Of a stretch of DNA of 64,000 nt, positions 36,638 through 46,718 are shown in pieces. Position 1 is the first letter of the stretch, and every line of letters starts with the position of its first letter. The notes under the pieces are model-generated. The model saw only the letters and a list, made by a program, of their open reading frames with translations. It made no database searches and was not told where the DNA came from. Source of the DNA: an uncultured Elusimicrobia bacterium (GTDB taxonomy: Bacteria > Elusimicrobiota > Elusimicrobia > Elusimicrobiales > Elusimicrobiaceae); assembly GCA_947306425.1 (NCBI GenBank), contig CAMZGO010000008.1, positions 105-64,104 of the forward strand, read 5' to 3'. The translations under genes and the position numbers were made by a program.

Positions 36638-37524
36638 CTTTTTAACTTCCTTGAACGGCGTTTAAAAAAACTTACCAAAGTATCAGAAACTTTATCGCCA
36701 TCTTGTATAACAATATATTCAAGCCCGCTTTTTGTAAATAACAATTTTGCTTGGTCAAGTTCTTTGACTTGTTTTCGGGTTACTTCTTCAGCACTTTTTG
36801 AGGCCAAATTAAGTAAGGTTTGTGTACCGTCCTCAAGCCCTTCAAGAGAAATGAAAACCCTCGCTTTGGGCAAAACTCTTTCAAGTTTATCTTCAACTAT
36901 TACAGGCACTAAATCAAATTTACGTGCTGTTAACTTGAAAGGTTTTGAGTAATCAAGTTCCGTCTTAAAATCTGAAATTAGAATTAAAATACCGTTGCGC
37001 CTTATCAAATGATTTATACTATCCAAAGCAAGCATAATATTTGTCCCCTTACTTGCCGGAGTAAAAGCCAAAAGTTCACGAATAATCCTAAGCACATGAC
37101 GCCGCCCCTTTTTTGGAGGTATATAAAGTTCAATTTTATCGCTGAACAGAAGCAGGCCAACCTTATCGTTATTGTGTGTGGCAGAAAAAGCAAAAACGGC
37201 TGCAAGTTCAGCTGCAATTTCGCTTTTAAGCCGTCCTAGTGAACCAAACATCAAAGAAGCAGAGACATCACAAGCAATGAGAAGGGTTAGTTCGCGTTCC
37301 TCATTAAACTTCTTGACGAAAGTAGTGCCTGTCTTCGCCGATACATTCCAATCAATACTTCTGATATCGTCACCCGGAATATATTGGCGAACTTCGGCAA
37401 ACTCTATACCTTGGCCTTTAAATATACTTAAATATTCACCGGCAAAGGTTTCCTTGACAAGTTTGCCCGTCTCAATTTCTATGCGACGAACGCGTTTTAA
37501 AATTTCTGCCGTATCCATAGGCAC
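36634..37524 (-). CDS. DUF58 domain protein
   Basis: GDDIRSIDWNVSAKTG motif. It follows moxR, as is typical. Confidence 0.85.
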   Translation of the reverse strand: MPMDTAEILKRVRRIEIETGKLVKETFAGEYLSIFKGQGIEFAEVRQYIPGDDIRSIDWNVSAKTGTTFVKKFNEERELTLLIACDVSASLMFGSLGRLKSEIAAELAAVFAFSATHNNDKVGLLLFSDKIELYIPPKKGRRHVLRIIRELLAFTPASKGTNIMLALDSINHLIRRNGILILISDFKTELDYSKPFKLTARKFDLVPVIVEDKLERVLPKARVFISLEGLEDGTQTLLNLASKSAEEVTRKQVKELDQAKLLFTKSGLEYIVIQDGDKVSDTLVSFFKRRSRKLKR

Positions 37525-37532
37525 CCGCTCAG

Positions 37533-38516
37533 TTATGGTACTTCTATTGTAGCAAAGAGTTTTTCAATTATCTCTTCTGTAGTAACATTTTCCGCTTCAG
37601 CTTCGTAGGTAAGTAAAATTCTATGCCTTAATACATCGGGGCCTATTTCTTTTATATCTTCCGGCGTAACATAACCGCGCCCCTCCAAAAAGGCATAGGC
37701 CTTTGCGGCTTTTGTTAAGAAAATTGATGCACGCGGGCTTGCACCGTATAGAATATACGGGGCCAAACCTTCAAGTTTATAATCTTTCGGATAACGTGTT
37801 GCAAAAACCAAATTTAAGATATAATCTTTAACTTTCTCATCCACATAAATATTATCCGCGACTTGACGTGCCTTTAAGATTTGTTCAAGCATAATTCTTC
37901 CGGATACTTTTGGTGTATTAGCAGTTGACATCCTTTCCAAAATCTGCCTTTCTTCTAGTTTTGAAGGATAAGCAATATTTATTTTAAGCATAAACCTATC
38001 CACTTGTGCTTCAGGTAAAGGATAAGTTCCCTCTTGTTCAACGGGGTTTTCGGTAGCAAGAACCATAAACGGTTCTGGAAGTTTATACGTTTCTTCCCCG
38101 ATAGTAACTTGGCGTTCTTGCATGGCCTCTAGCAATGCACTTTGAACTTTCGCCGGAGAACGATTAATTTCATCTGCCAAAACCAAGTTCGCAAATACCG
38201 GGCCTTTTCTAACCGAAAAAGTGCCTTCTTTAGGGTTAAAAATCAAAGTACCTGTTACATCGGCAGGTAACAAATCCGGCGTAAATTGTATACGCTGGAA
38301 AGAACAACTTATAATTTCCGCTAATGTTTTGACTGTTAATGTTTTCGCAAGGCCGGGCACACCCTCAATTAAAATATGCCCATCAGCAATAAGGGCAACA
38401 AGCATTTTGTTTACTAAATCCTCTTGCCCGACAATTACTTTTGCAATTTCCTGTTTTAAATCCTGCAAAAATAAACTTTCTTTTTGAACTTCCTGATTTA
38501 TTTCCGTTATATTCAT
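37533..38516 (-). CDS. moxR: MoxR-family AAA+ ATPase
   Basis: GVPGLAKT Walker A, LADEINR Walker B, AAA_3 pattern. Confidence 0.93.
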   Translation of the reverse strand: MNITEINQEVQKESLFLQDLKQEIAKVIVGQEDLVNKMLVALIADGHILIEGVPGLAKTLTVKTLAEIISCSFQRIQFTPDLLPADVTGTLIFNPKEGTFSVRKGPVFANLVLADEINRSPAKVQSALLEAMQERQVTIGEETYKLPEPFMVLATENPVEQEGTYPLPEAQVDRFMLKINIAYPSKLEERQILERMSTANTPKVSGRIMLEQILKARQVADNIYVDEKVKDYILNLVFATRYPKDYKLEGLAPYILYGASPRASIFLTKAAKAYAFLEGRGYVTPEDIKEIGPDVLRHRILLTYEAEAENVTTEEIIEKLFATIEVP

Positions 38517-38533
38517 CTTACCCCCCTATAATC

Positions 38534-39190
38534 TTAAATATACTGACCGATCTCTCCTTGATCTTTTTTATCAACTTTATTTTCTTCACTGATTTTGACG
38601 TTAAGACCGTCTTTATACCACTTTTGTTCTGCTAAACTATCTGCTAATTGTTTAGCTGTTTGCGCTAAAATCAAATTATCACTTGAAACAGCATTATTTA
38701 TGGTTTGTGCTACCTCTGGCGTACGATATGTCGACAAAACATTTAGCAAATTAGCCCTTTCAAGAAGTTCATCTTGATAAAAGGATAACAACATCTTTAA
38801 AGTTTGTTTATCTTTATATAAGGTAAGCAACTTGAATATTTTAGCACGATCCTCCGGCAAAGTGAACATCTTCAAATATTCCCTTATCAATGTTTCTGCT
38901 TCCCCGGCACCGCTTGAATACGCAATATCTATGAAAGCAAAGCAAATTTCAGGGTCATAAGTCATAAAAACATTTTCCTTTACTTTACCGAAAGAATTTA
39001 AGTTGTTATATTTAAATCCTCTCCGATTAGCAGCGATATCAGGTATAAAATTTTGGTCTACGCCGGCAGCAACATTGGAAATTAAATCCTTAGGTGTAAT
39101 ATCTGCTTTAGATAATGCGGTAGTTGTTCCCCCCCAAAATACAAAATAACCAGCAACGACCACTACAAATAAAAATAGAATTTGTTTCAT
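38534..39190 (-). CDS. hypothetical membrane-anchored protein
   Basis: N-terminal TM. In operon 17 nt upstream of moxR. Confidence 0.55.
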   Translation of the reverse strand: MKQILFLFVVVVAGYFVFWGGTTTALSKADITPKDLISNVAAGVDQNFIPDIAANRRGFKYNNLNSFGKVKENVFMTYDPEICFAFIDIAYSSGAGEAETLIREYLKMFTLPEDRAKIFKLLTLYKDKQTLKMLLSFYQDELLERANLLNVLSTYRTPEVAQTINNAVSSDNLILAQTAKQLADSLAEQKWYKDGLNVKISEENKVDKKDQGEIGQYI

Positions 39191-39254
39191 AATTCAATAT
39201 CACCTTCCTTTAAAAAGCAATTTGCCCTACACCTATATATTAGCAAATTTTTTG

Positions 39255-39989
39255 CTATTTAATCTGAATAAATTTTATAGGCAAATTTTTATTTTCAATT
39301 ACTGCATAATTTTTGGGGTTTTTAACTTCATCAGCGGAAATTAAATTTATCCTGTAAAATATATTTATTTCTTTAGCTGTATTTTCGGTCTTAATAATTT
39401 CAAAGAAACTGTCTGAAAGTTTACTTGCTGATAAAACAAATACAATCTGTTCCTTGTTAAAATTTACTTTTGGATATGAACCCTTATGTTCTTTTAAGAA
39501 TTTGTTATAGGCAGGGGCATCTTTAATAATCAGAAATTCTTCCGGCAATTTAAGCATAGTTATACGCGCTGTTTCACTTAACGGAGATTCTTCACCACTA
39601 TAAAAATTCTCCATAGCGGAAGGATGAACTACAAAATCCTCTTTTTCTAAAATAATAGTTTTACGCTTTTTCATGTCGTTTCGTGAAATAAGGTCAAAAA
39701 CATCTTTTGGTTTATTTGCCTGACTATAAAAAACTAAATCCTCTTCCTTTTGAGGGGTAGCAGAAAGTTCTTGTCCGGTTTTAGAGGATTCTTCACCTAC
39801 AAACAAAATTTCACCGGCCTCATTTGAATCTATGGAATTTTCAAGTTCCCTTTGTGCCGTCTCTTCAAGCATAGCCATAACTTCCGGGCTTTCTTTGTTG
39901 ATTTGATATTTAGGCCACAAATAATATTGCCAAAGCAATGCTGCCGCAAAAATACCAAGACAAAGGGCTATTATATTTCGGTGTTTCAT
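39255..39989 (-). CDS. hypothetical membrane-anchored protein
   Basis: N-terminal TM. 4-nt overlap with queF. Confidence 0.55.
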   Translation of the reverse strand: MKHRNIIALCLGIFAAALLWQYYLWPKYQINKESPEVMAMLEETAQRELENSIDSNEAGEILFVGEESSKTGQELSATPQKEEDLVFYSQANKPKDVFDLISRNDMKKRKTIILEKEDFVVHPSAMENFYSGEESPLSETARITMLKLPEEFLIIKDAPAYNKFLKEHKGSYPKVNFNKEQIVFVLSASKLSDSFFEIIKTENTAKEINIFYRINLISADEVKNPKNYAVIENKNLPIKFIQIK

Positions 39990-40396
39990 TTAGTTTTCCA
40001 TTTGCCGTATTCGGCAATAATTTGCGATTTTAAACCTCCGCGAGGCGTAAAATCAGCAATTATACGGGCACATTTCGGTTTAGCGGCTTTAACTACATCA
40101 TCCAAAATCTTATTGGCGGTATTTTCCATAAAGATACCCATATCACGATATTCAAGTAAATAATATTTTAATGATTTAAGTTCTAAACACAGTTTATTAG
40201 GAATATACTCAATAGTTATTGTCGCAAAATCCGGAAGCCCGGTTTTGGGACAAACGGAAGTAAACTCCGGCAAAGAAATACGTATCAAATAATCCCTCTT
40301 ATACTGGTTATCCCAACATTGTATAGCAGGCAATTTAGTATCAGCACCGCGCCTTGCATGTGTTTTAGTATAACCGAAATCCAAGTCCTTATTCAT
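39986..40396 (-). CDS. queF: NADPH-dependent 7-cyano-7-deazaguanine reductase (unimodular type)
   Basis: EFTSVCPKTGLPDFATITIEYIP...SLKYYL motif. Confidence 0.9.
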   Translation of the reverse strand: MNKDLDFGYTKTHARRGADTKLPAIQCWDNQYKRDYLIRISLPEFTSVCPKTGLPDFATITIEYIPNKLCLELKSLKYYLLEYRDMGIFMENTANKILDDVVKAAKPKCARIIADFTPRGGLKSQIIAEYGKWKTK

Positions 40397-42314
40397 ATTT
40401 TAACCTCACTGAATTCAAGAATATTATACAAATATTTAAGGCAAAAAAGCCCCAAAAATTGTACCAACCGTAAAAAGGATCCCACGAAACCACAATATAA
40501 CAAATAAGCCCGATTAAAATAGTCAAAAGCAAGTTTAAGCAGACAGTATCCCAACCTTTTTGATATAAATCAAAAATACGCTTAACCAAAGTAAAATCTT
40601 TACCTTTTATTATGATATCAACCCAACTTGTAAATAAATTATTTGACGGAACAAAAGCAATAGAAGCATCTGCTTCCAAAAGGGCCAAAATATCGTTAAA
40701 CCCGTCCCCTATCATTGTTATTGTTGAACCTAAATTCTGTTCCGCACTTATTTTTGCAGCTTTATCTGTCGGATACATATTACCGTAATACTCTTTAATA
40801 TTCGCTTTTTTTGCTACTGCCGATATGGCCAATGTATTATCCCCTGAAATTAAAGATACTTTCTTCTTTAAGTTAAACAAATATTTAACAGTAGAGGCGG
40901 CATTTGCACGCAGACGGTCAGTAAAATAAATACATCCTAAAAACTCATTATTTTTAGCAACGTAGAAAACTGTTTTCTGCACTTCTTCCTCCGCCGTAGG
41001 AACATTTATACCCTTGTTTTCCAGCCAAGTGCGCCTTCCCGCAAGATAAGTATCTTTTCCGCTTCTGACCAAGGCCCCATAACTTGGATGTAATTCCAAA
41101 GAAGAAATTTTTAACGGCGTCATCTTGTTTTTTATACCCCATTCTTTCAAAGCTAAGGCAAAAATATTTTGTGCATTTTGCTGGGTACTTAAAGCTGCTT
41201 TCATTAAATCATTTTTAGAAATACCTTCCGCAGGAACAATTTCAGCTACCTGTAAATGACCTGTGGTTAAGGTACCGGTTTTATCAATAAAAACCTTGTT
41301 TGAGTTTTTAATCCTATTCAAAACATTTATGTCATTGACCTTTATTTTATCTTTAAAGGTAACACCGGACAAATAGCGCCAAGGAAGTAGAACAGAAAGC
41401 ATATAAGCGACAGGCGAGACTAGCATAATAAAATAACATGCCTGTGTCAAGGCCGGTAAATAAGATGAATTTTGTGAGTATGAAAAATAGAATAAACAAC
41501 CAAGAAGAAGAGAAATAAAAATAATTGCACAAAGAAAAACAAAAGAAGTGTTTTCAAGGGTGCTTATCTTAATGAGTTTCCTATTTTCACTTTGCTTAAC
41601 TGCTTGCAAGACCCTGGCAATATTTGATGATTTCCTTGAACTTAACACCTTAATTTCAACATCTTTACCTTTATTGACGGAACCGGCAAGAACTTTGTCC
41701 CCCTCTTGCTTTGAAGCAAGGGTAATATTTCCGGTTAAAAGATTTTCATCAAACAAAGTTGCCCCTTTCACAATCTCGCCGTCAAAAGAGAGGCGATGTG
41801 CCGTTTTTAAAAGAATAATATCTCCTACTTTAACTTCCTCACAAAAAACCTTTTTACTACCGTTTTTCGTTATTAAAGTGCATGACGGAGAAATAAAATT
41901 ATCCAAACTTTCCATAAATTTAAAAGAATTTTTAAGTTGACCAATCTCGCGCGCTTTCACGAAATTGGCAATCATTAATGTGAACGCGATACTTACAAAG
42001 GCCCAGCCGTTATTTACATTTTGCCCGTCCATCTGCCCCATAATACCGAAACCTAAGGCCGCCAAAATAGAAAAATATAAAAAAGCATTAAACCCGATAT
42101 AATATCTAAAAAGTTCTTTTAAAGCACCGGTAAAAAATAAACTTCCGCCCCAAAAAGAAACGATTAAAGCAAAAATCAAACTGATACTATGTGAAAAACC
42201 AAATAATTGGGATATTAATATCAGAAGAAGAAAAGCCAAGCAAACAAAACCCCTTAGAGCATAAGAAGAAGCAGGATAATAAACAAGTTTATAAGCAGTT
42301 TTTTGATATTGCAT
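40389..42314 (-). CDS. atypical P-type ATPase (P1B-like core, no metal-binding domain)
   Basis: DKTGTLT and GDGFND are present. The actuator motif reads TGN rather than TGE (41727-41735). The TM6 motif reads SPV rather than CPC. Confidence 0.82.
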   Translation of the reverse strand: MQYQKTAYKLVYYPASSYALRGFVCLAFLLLILISQLFGFSHSISLIFALIVSFWGGSLFFTGALKELFRYYIGFNAFLYFSILAALGFGIMGQMDGQNVNNGWAFVSIAFTLMIANFVKAREIGQLKNSFKFMESLDNFISPSCTLITKNGSKKVFCEEVKVGDIILLKTAHRLSFDGEIVKGATLFDENLLTGNITLASKQEGDKVLAGSVNKGKDVEIKVLSSRKSSNIARVLQAVKQSENRKLIKISTLENTSFVFLCAIIFISLLLGCLFYFSYSQNSSYLPALTQACYFIMLVSPVAYMLSVLLPWRYLSGVTFKDKIKVNDINVLNRIKNSNKVFIDKTGTLTTGHLQVAEIVPAEGISKNDLMKAALSTQQNAQNIFALALKEWGIKNKMTPLKISSLELHPSYGALVRSGKDTYLAGRRTWLENKGINVPTAEEEVQKTVFYVAKNNEFLGCIYFTDRLRANAASTVKYLFNLKKKVSLISGDNTLAISAVAKKANIKEYYGNMYPTDKAAKISAEQNLGSTITMIGDGFNDILALLEADASIAFVPSNNLFTSWVDIIIKGKDFTLVKRIFDLYQKGWDTVCLNLLLTILIGLICYIVVSWDPFYGWYNFWGFFALNICIIFLNSVRLKYE

Positions 42315-43282
42315 TATATGCCCCTATCAATTGCATCAAAACGCCTTTTGGTTATATACTTACGACCGCTGTTAGTTTTTAATGCACTTATTTTAGAATT
42401 ATATTTCTTGGAATTTTTAGGGTCAAGTTGTGCAGCCGTTTTATAATTTAAAGCTGCGTTTTGGGGATCATCCAAAGATAAAATATCGCCGGCGAAATCA
42501 TAGGCGGGAACATATTTGTTGTTTATAGCTTTAAGTTCATTTAAATCCGCCAAAGCGGCTTCATACTCGCCTTTAGCATAAAGCATTTCAGCGCGGCAGA
42601 AAATAGCCGGAATATAATTCTTTTGCAAAGACATAGCAGCAGAGCAATCTTCCAAAGCATTGGCATATTGTCTTAATTTACGTTCTGCCATAGCACGTCT
42701 AAAATAATGTTTTGGATTTTTGGGATTTTTATAAATCAAATCCGTAAATTCTTGTGCGGCGGCGGAATAATTACCTACATCGTATTGATATAAAGCATGG
42801 TTTAAAAGCGCTGTTTGATTCTCCGGCTGAAGTTCTAAAGCATATTGTAAATCTTTATAAGCAGCTGGAAAATTGCCTATTTTTTGGTAAGCAGCCGCCC
42901 TGTTAAGCAAAGCCGAAAAATAATCCTCTTTCAATGCTAACGCTTTTGTTAAATAATAAATTGCAAGCCCATTTTTATCTTGTTTTAAGTAAAATGCACC
43001 TATATTATTCAAAAGTTCCGTACTGCGGGGATAAATTTCATAAGCCTTTTTATAGTCTGCTTCCGCACGCTTATAGTCCCCAAGTTTTTCATACAAAACA
43101 GCTCGGTTTGCAATAGCTGAATAAAAGCCGGGTTCCCTACGCAGTATTTGACTGTAAATTTGAAGGGCTTGTTCGGTTTTGCCTTGCTTATCTTTATTCA
43201 AGGCCTCCTTAAATAAACTTTCAGTACCTGAACAGGCACAAAGCAAAATGACTGATAATAACAAATATAGATGTCTTTTCAT
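42314..43282 (-). CDS. TPR-repeat lipoprotein
   Basis: MKRHLYLLLSVILLCAC lipobox at ATG 43282, which overlaps the lspA stop by 4 nt. Multiple TPR units. Confidence 0.75.
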   Translation of the reverse strand: MKRHLYLLLSVILLCACSGTESLFKEALNKDKQGKTEQALQIYSQILRREPGFYSAIANRAVLYEKLGDYKRAEADYKKAYEIYPRSTELLNNIGAFYLKQDKNGLAIYYLTKALALKEDYFSALLNRAAAYQKIGNFPAAYKDLQYALELQPENQTALLNHALYQYDVGNYSAAAQEFTDLIYKNPKNPKHYFRRAMAERKLRQYANALEDCSAAMSLQKNYIPAIFCRAEMLYAKGEYEAALADLNELKAINNKYVPAYDFAGDILSLDDPQNAALNYKTAAQLDPKNSKKYNSKISALKTNSGRKYITKRRFDAIDRGI

Positions 43283-43758
43283 TTTTCTCTCCTCTTTTCT
43301 TCTTTTAAAAATGCTAAAGCAATCAGGGCTGCACCTACACATATTGAACTATCGGCTACATTAAAAACAGGCCAAAAGTGAAAATCTAAAAAATCCACTA
43401 CATACCCTAAAACTATTCTATCATAAATATTGCCCAAAGCGCCTGCAAAAATTAGAACATAACCGTATTTAGCTAATTTACCCATGGTCAAAATATCTTT
43501 CCGCCACTTAACCATGAGAATTAACACCGCAATACTTACAAACAACAAAAACAAATTGGAATTTTGAAATAATCCAAAGGCGGAGCCGGTATTTTCCACG
43601 TAAGTTAAACTAAAAAAAGGCAAAATTTGTACGCTTGCTCTTGGAAGTAAAAATCTCAAAGCAAGAATTTTTGTAAACAAATCCAAAGATAATATAACAG
43701 CAAATAAAACAATTTCCGTCTTATGTTTACTTTCCAAAAACAAGCGTTTTGAAAACAT
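43279..43758 (-). CDS. lspA: lipoprotein signal peptidase II
   Basis: FNVADSSICVGAALI motif and four TMs. It follows ileS. Confidence 0.9.
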   Translation of the reverse strand: MFSKRLFLESKHKTEIVLFAVILSLDLFTKILALRFLLPRASVQILPFFSLTYVENTGSAFGLFQNSNLFLLFVSIAVLILMVKWRKDILTMGKLAKYGYVLIFAGALGNIYDRIVLGYVVDFLDFHFWPVFNVADSSICVGAALIALAFLKEEKRREK

Positions 43759-46586
43759 TATTTATTTTCCTCTAATACTTTAGCACAGCGCGGGCATAAA
43801 TCCGAATATTTTGGGTTTTGCCCCAAATCCTCGTGCCATTGCCAGCAACGCGCACACTTTGAACCTAAAGCATGCAATACTTTTATACTTAGAGGTTCTT
43901 TTGTTTCCCCGTCGTCAACTTCTGCCTGAGAAACGATAGCCACCTCCGGCCAAAATTTAAGGGTCTGCTTCAAAAATTCCTTTGTTTCTTTATCGGAAGA
44001 ATTAAATATTATTTTTGCTTCAAGCGGTGCACCGATTAAACCATTTTGGCGGGCTTCCTCAAGTGCTTTTAGGACTTGGGGACGAATATCGGTTATCTTA
44101 TTCCAACGTACTAAAACTTCCTCTGGGCAAATATAACTTGCTTTTTCAGGCATATTACTTAAAAATACGCTTTCTTCAAGATAAGTACCGAGCGGCAATT
44201 TTTTGAGTTCTTGCCAAACTTCTTCCGCCGTAAAACACAATACCGGCGCAAGCAACTTAACTAAAGCCAAGACTGTTTCCGCAAGAACTGTTTGTGCGGA
44301 ACGCCTGCTTTGTGCTTCAGTACCGATAGTGTAAAGGCGGTCCTTTGAAGCATCAAGCATTAAAGAAGAAAGGTCTAGTATACAAAAATCAGTAATTTTA
44401 CGAACTGCTTTCCTAAATTCAAAATTCCTGTATGCTTCCAAAACCTCTTTAATTAGATTGTCCAAGCGGGCCATCATATACTTATCAAGTTCTGTCAAAT
44501 TTGCCCCAACTACAGTATGTTTCATTGGATCGAAATCATATAAATTACCTAAAGCATAGCGCAAAGTATTTCTGATTTTACGGTAACTTTCAATAGGGCC
44601 GGCCAAAATCTCTTGAGAAATCCGGACATCTTCGCTATAATCGGTAAAACTTACCCACATACGCAAAATATCTGCACCGTATTTATTTGTTATTTCGTCC
44701 GGTTCAATACTATTGCCGGCCGATTTATGCATAGCCCTGCCTTGTTGGTCCAAAATCATACCATGGGTTAAAACATTTTTGAAAGGTGCTTTATCTTCCA
44801 AAACAGTACCCGCAATAAGCGAAGTTTGAAACCAACCGCGATGTTGGTCTGAACCTTCTAAATATACTTGTGCCGGGTAACCAAGACCGCGATATTTTAG
44901 AACCTCTGCCCAAGATACACCGGAATCAAACCAAACATCTAAAATATCTTTTTCTTTTGTAAATTCTTTACAACCGCAAGAGCAAGTATGACCGGCAGGT
45001 AAAATTTCTTCGGCAGATTTCTCAAACCAAAAATCGCTGCCTTCCTTTAAGGCCCGCTCTTTTATGGCTTTTATGACCTCGGGTTCAACTTGCATTTTAC
45101 CGCATTTTTTGCAATAGAAAACCATTATCGGTACACCCCAAAAACGCTGGCGGCTTAAACACCAATCCGGGCGTTGTTCCACCATGGAAGTTATACGTCT
45201 TTCTCCTGTTTGGGGATACCATTTTGTATTTTTTATTTCTTCAATAAGTTTTTGTCTTAAATTGTCTTTGTCTACTGATAAGAACCATTGTTCCGTTGAG
45301 CGGAAAATAATTGGTTTCTTACATCTCCAACAATGCGGATAAGAGTGGGTAATATCTTCCTGTTTTAGCAAGAACCCAATTTCTTTGAGTTTTTCAATTA
45401 TGAGAGAATTAGCTTTAAAAATATGCTGTCCGGCGAATTCGCCTGCATCTTCGGTAAAAATACCTTTTGCATCAACAGGGCAAAGGCAGGGCAAATCCCA
45501 AGCAAGACCTGCCTTAAAATCATCCTCGCCATGGCCGGGAGCGATGTGTACTATACCGACGCCGGTATCCATAGTAACGAAATCAGTATAAATAACAGGG
45601 TTTTCCTTACTGTTAAGCGGATGATAATATTTTAAACCGACTAAATCTTCCCCCTTTATAGTGGAAAAAGTTGCGGCTTCCAATCCTATATTTTTTAGAA
45701 AACTATCAGCAAGCTTTTCCGCTGCGATTAAGTAAGTGCCGTCGGGCATAGACATTATGCGGTAATCCTCATCTTTTGCAACGGCTGCAGCCTGGTTTGC
45801 AGGAATAGTCCAAGGGGTTGTGGTCCAAACTGCTAAATATACGGGTTTATCTTCTAAATTATGTAATTTTTCAGATGGATTTACAAGTTTGAAGCGCAAA
45901 TAAATTGAAGTTGAGACTTTATCATGATACTCGGTTTCAGCATCAGCCAAAGCAGTTTCACAATTTGGACACCAATAAATTGCTTTTTTACCCTTATAGA
46001 CATAACCCTTTTCAAGTGCATCAAAAAAGGCGGAAACAGTTAAGCCCTCATAGACATTAGACATTGTAAGGTAAGGATTATCCCAATCGGCAGTAACACC
46101 AAGCCGCTTAAAACCCTCGCGTTGAATATTGACAAAATTTTGAGCGAACTCCCTTGCACGTTTTCTGAACGCAGGTATATCTTTTACATCCCGTTTGTCA
46201 ATTTTCATTTCTTTTAAGAGGGCTTGCTCTATCGGCAAACCATGACAATCCCAACCGGGAATATAAGGGCTGTGATATCCCATCATTGTATGGGATTTAG
46301 TGATAATATCTTTCAAAATTTTATTAAAAGCATGCCCCATGTGTATACGGCCGTTTGCATAAGGCGGACCGTCCGCTAAAATAAACTTTTCATTTTTATT
46401 GGTTTTATCAAGCATTTTTTGATAAAGTTTAATTTCGTTCCAATAGGCAAGCGTTTGCGGTTCTTTTTTAGCAAGGCCGGCCCTCATAGGAAAATCGGTT
46501 TTAGGAAGTAAAACCGTGTGGGAATATTTATTTTTATTTTCTGTTTTAATTTCTGTTTTATTTACTGTTCTTTTAATTTCGCTCAT
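43758..46586 (-). CDS. ileS: isoleucine--tRNA ligase
   Basis: HMGH and KMSKS-type (AMHKSAGN) motifs. C-terminal zinc-binding CxxC pairs. 942 aa. Confidence 0.97.
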   Translation of the reverse strand: MSEIKRTVNKTEIKTENKNKYSHTVLLPKTDFPMRAGLAKKEPQTLAYWNEIKLYQKMLDKTNKNEKFILADGPPYANGRIHMGHAFNKILKDIITKSHTMMGYHSPYIPGWDCHGLPIEQALLKEMKIDKRDVKDIPAFRKRAREFAQNFVNIQREGFKRLGVTADWDNPYLTMSNVYEGLTVSAFFDALEKGYVYKGKKAIYWCPNCETALADAETEYHDKVSTSIYLRFKLVNPSEKLHNLEDKPVYLAVWTTTPWTIPANQAAAVAKDEDYRIMSMPDGTYLIAAEKLADSFLKNIGLEAATFSTIKGEDLVGLKYYHPLNSKENPVIYTDFVTMDTGVGIVHIAPGHGEDDFKAGLAWDLPCLCPVDAKGIFTEDAGEFAGQHIFKANSLIIEKLKEIGFLLKQEDITHSYPHCWRCKKPIIFRSTEQWFLSVDKDNLRQKLIEEIKNTKWYPQTGERRITSMVEQRPDWCLSRQRFWGVPIMVFYCKKCGKMQVEPEVIKAIKERALKEGSDFWFEKSAEEILPAGHTCSCGCKEFTKEKDILDVWFDSGVSWAEVLKYRGLGYPAQVYLEGSDQHRGWFQTSLIAGTVLEDKAPFKNVLTHGMILDQQGRAMHKSAGNSIEPDEITNKYGADILRMWVSFTDYSEDVRISQEILAGPIESYRKIRNTLRYALGNLYDFDPMKHTVVGANLTELDKYMMARLDNLIKEVLEAYRNFEFRKAVRKITDFCILDLSSLMLDASKDRLYTIGTEAQSRRSAQTVLAETVLALVKLLAPVLCFTAEEVWQELKKLPLGTYLEESVFLSNMPEKASYICPEEVLVRWNKITDIRPQVLKALEEARQNGLIGAPLEAKIIFNSSDKETKEFLKQTLKFWPEVAIVSQAEVDDGETKEPLSIKVLHALGSKCARCWQWHEDLGQNPKYSDLCPRCAKVLEENK

Positions 46587-46718
46587 ATTGTACCTGCTTT
46601 TATTGTATATTTAAATTATATAATATTTGGCCTTATAATATTAGAGGCATCTTTCTTTACTTACAGCCCAATTTATGATAGAATTAGAGTTAATATAATT
46701 TCAATGGAGGAAACATTT

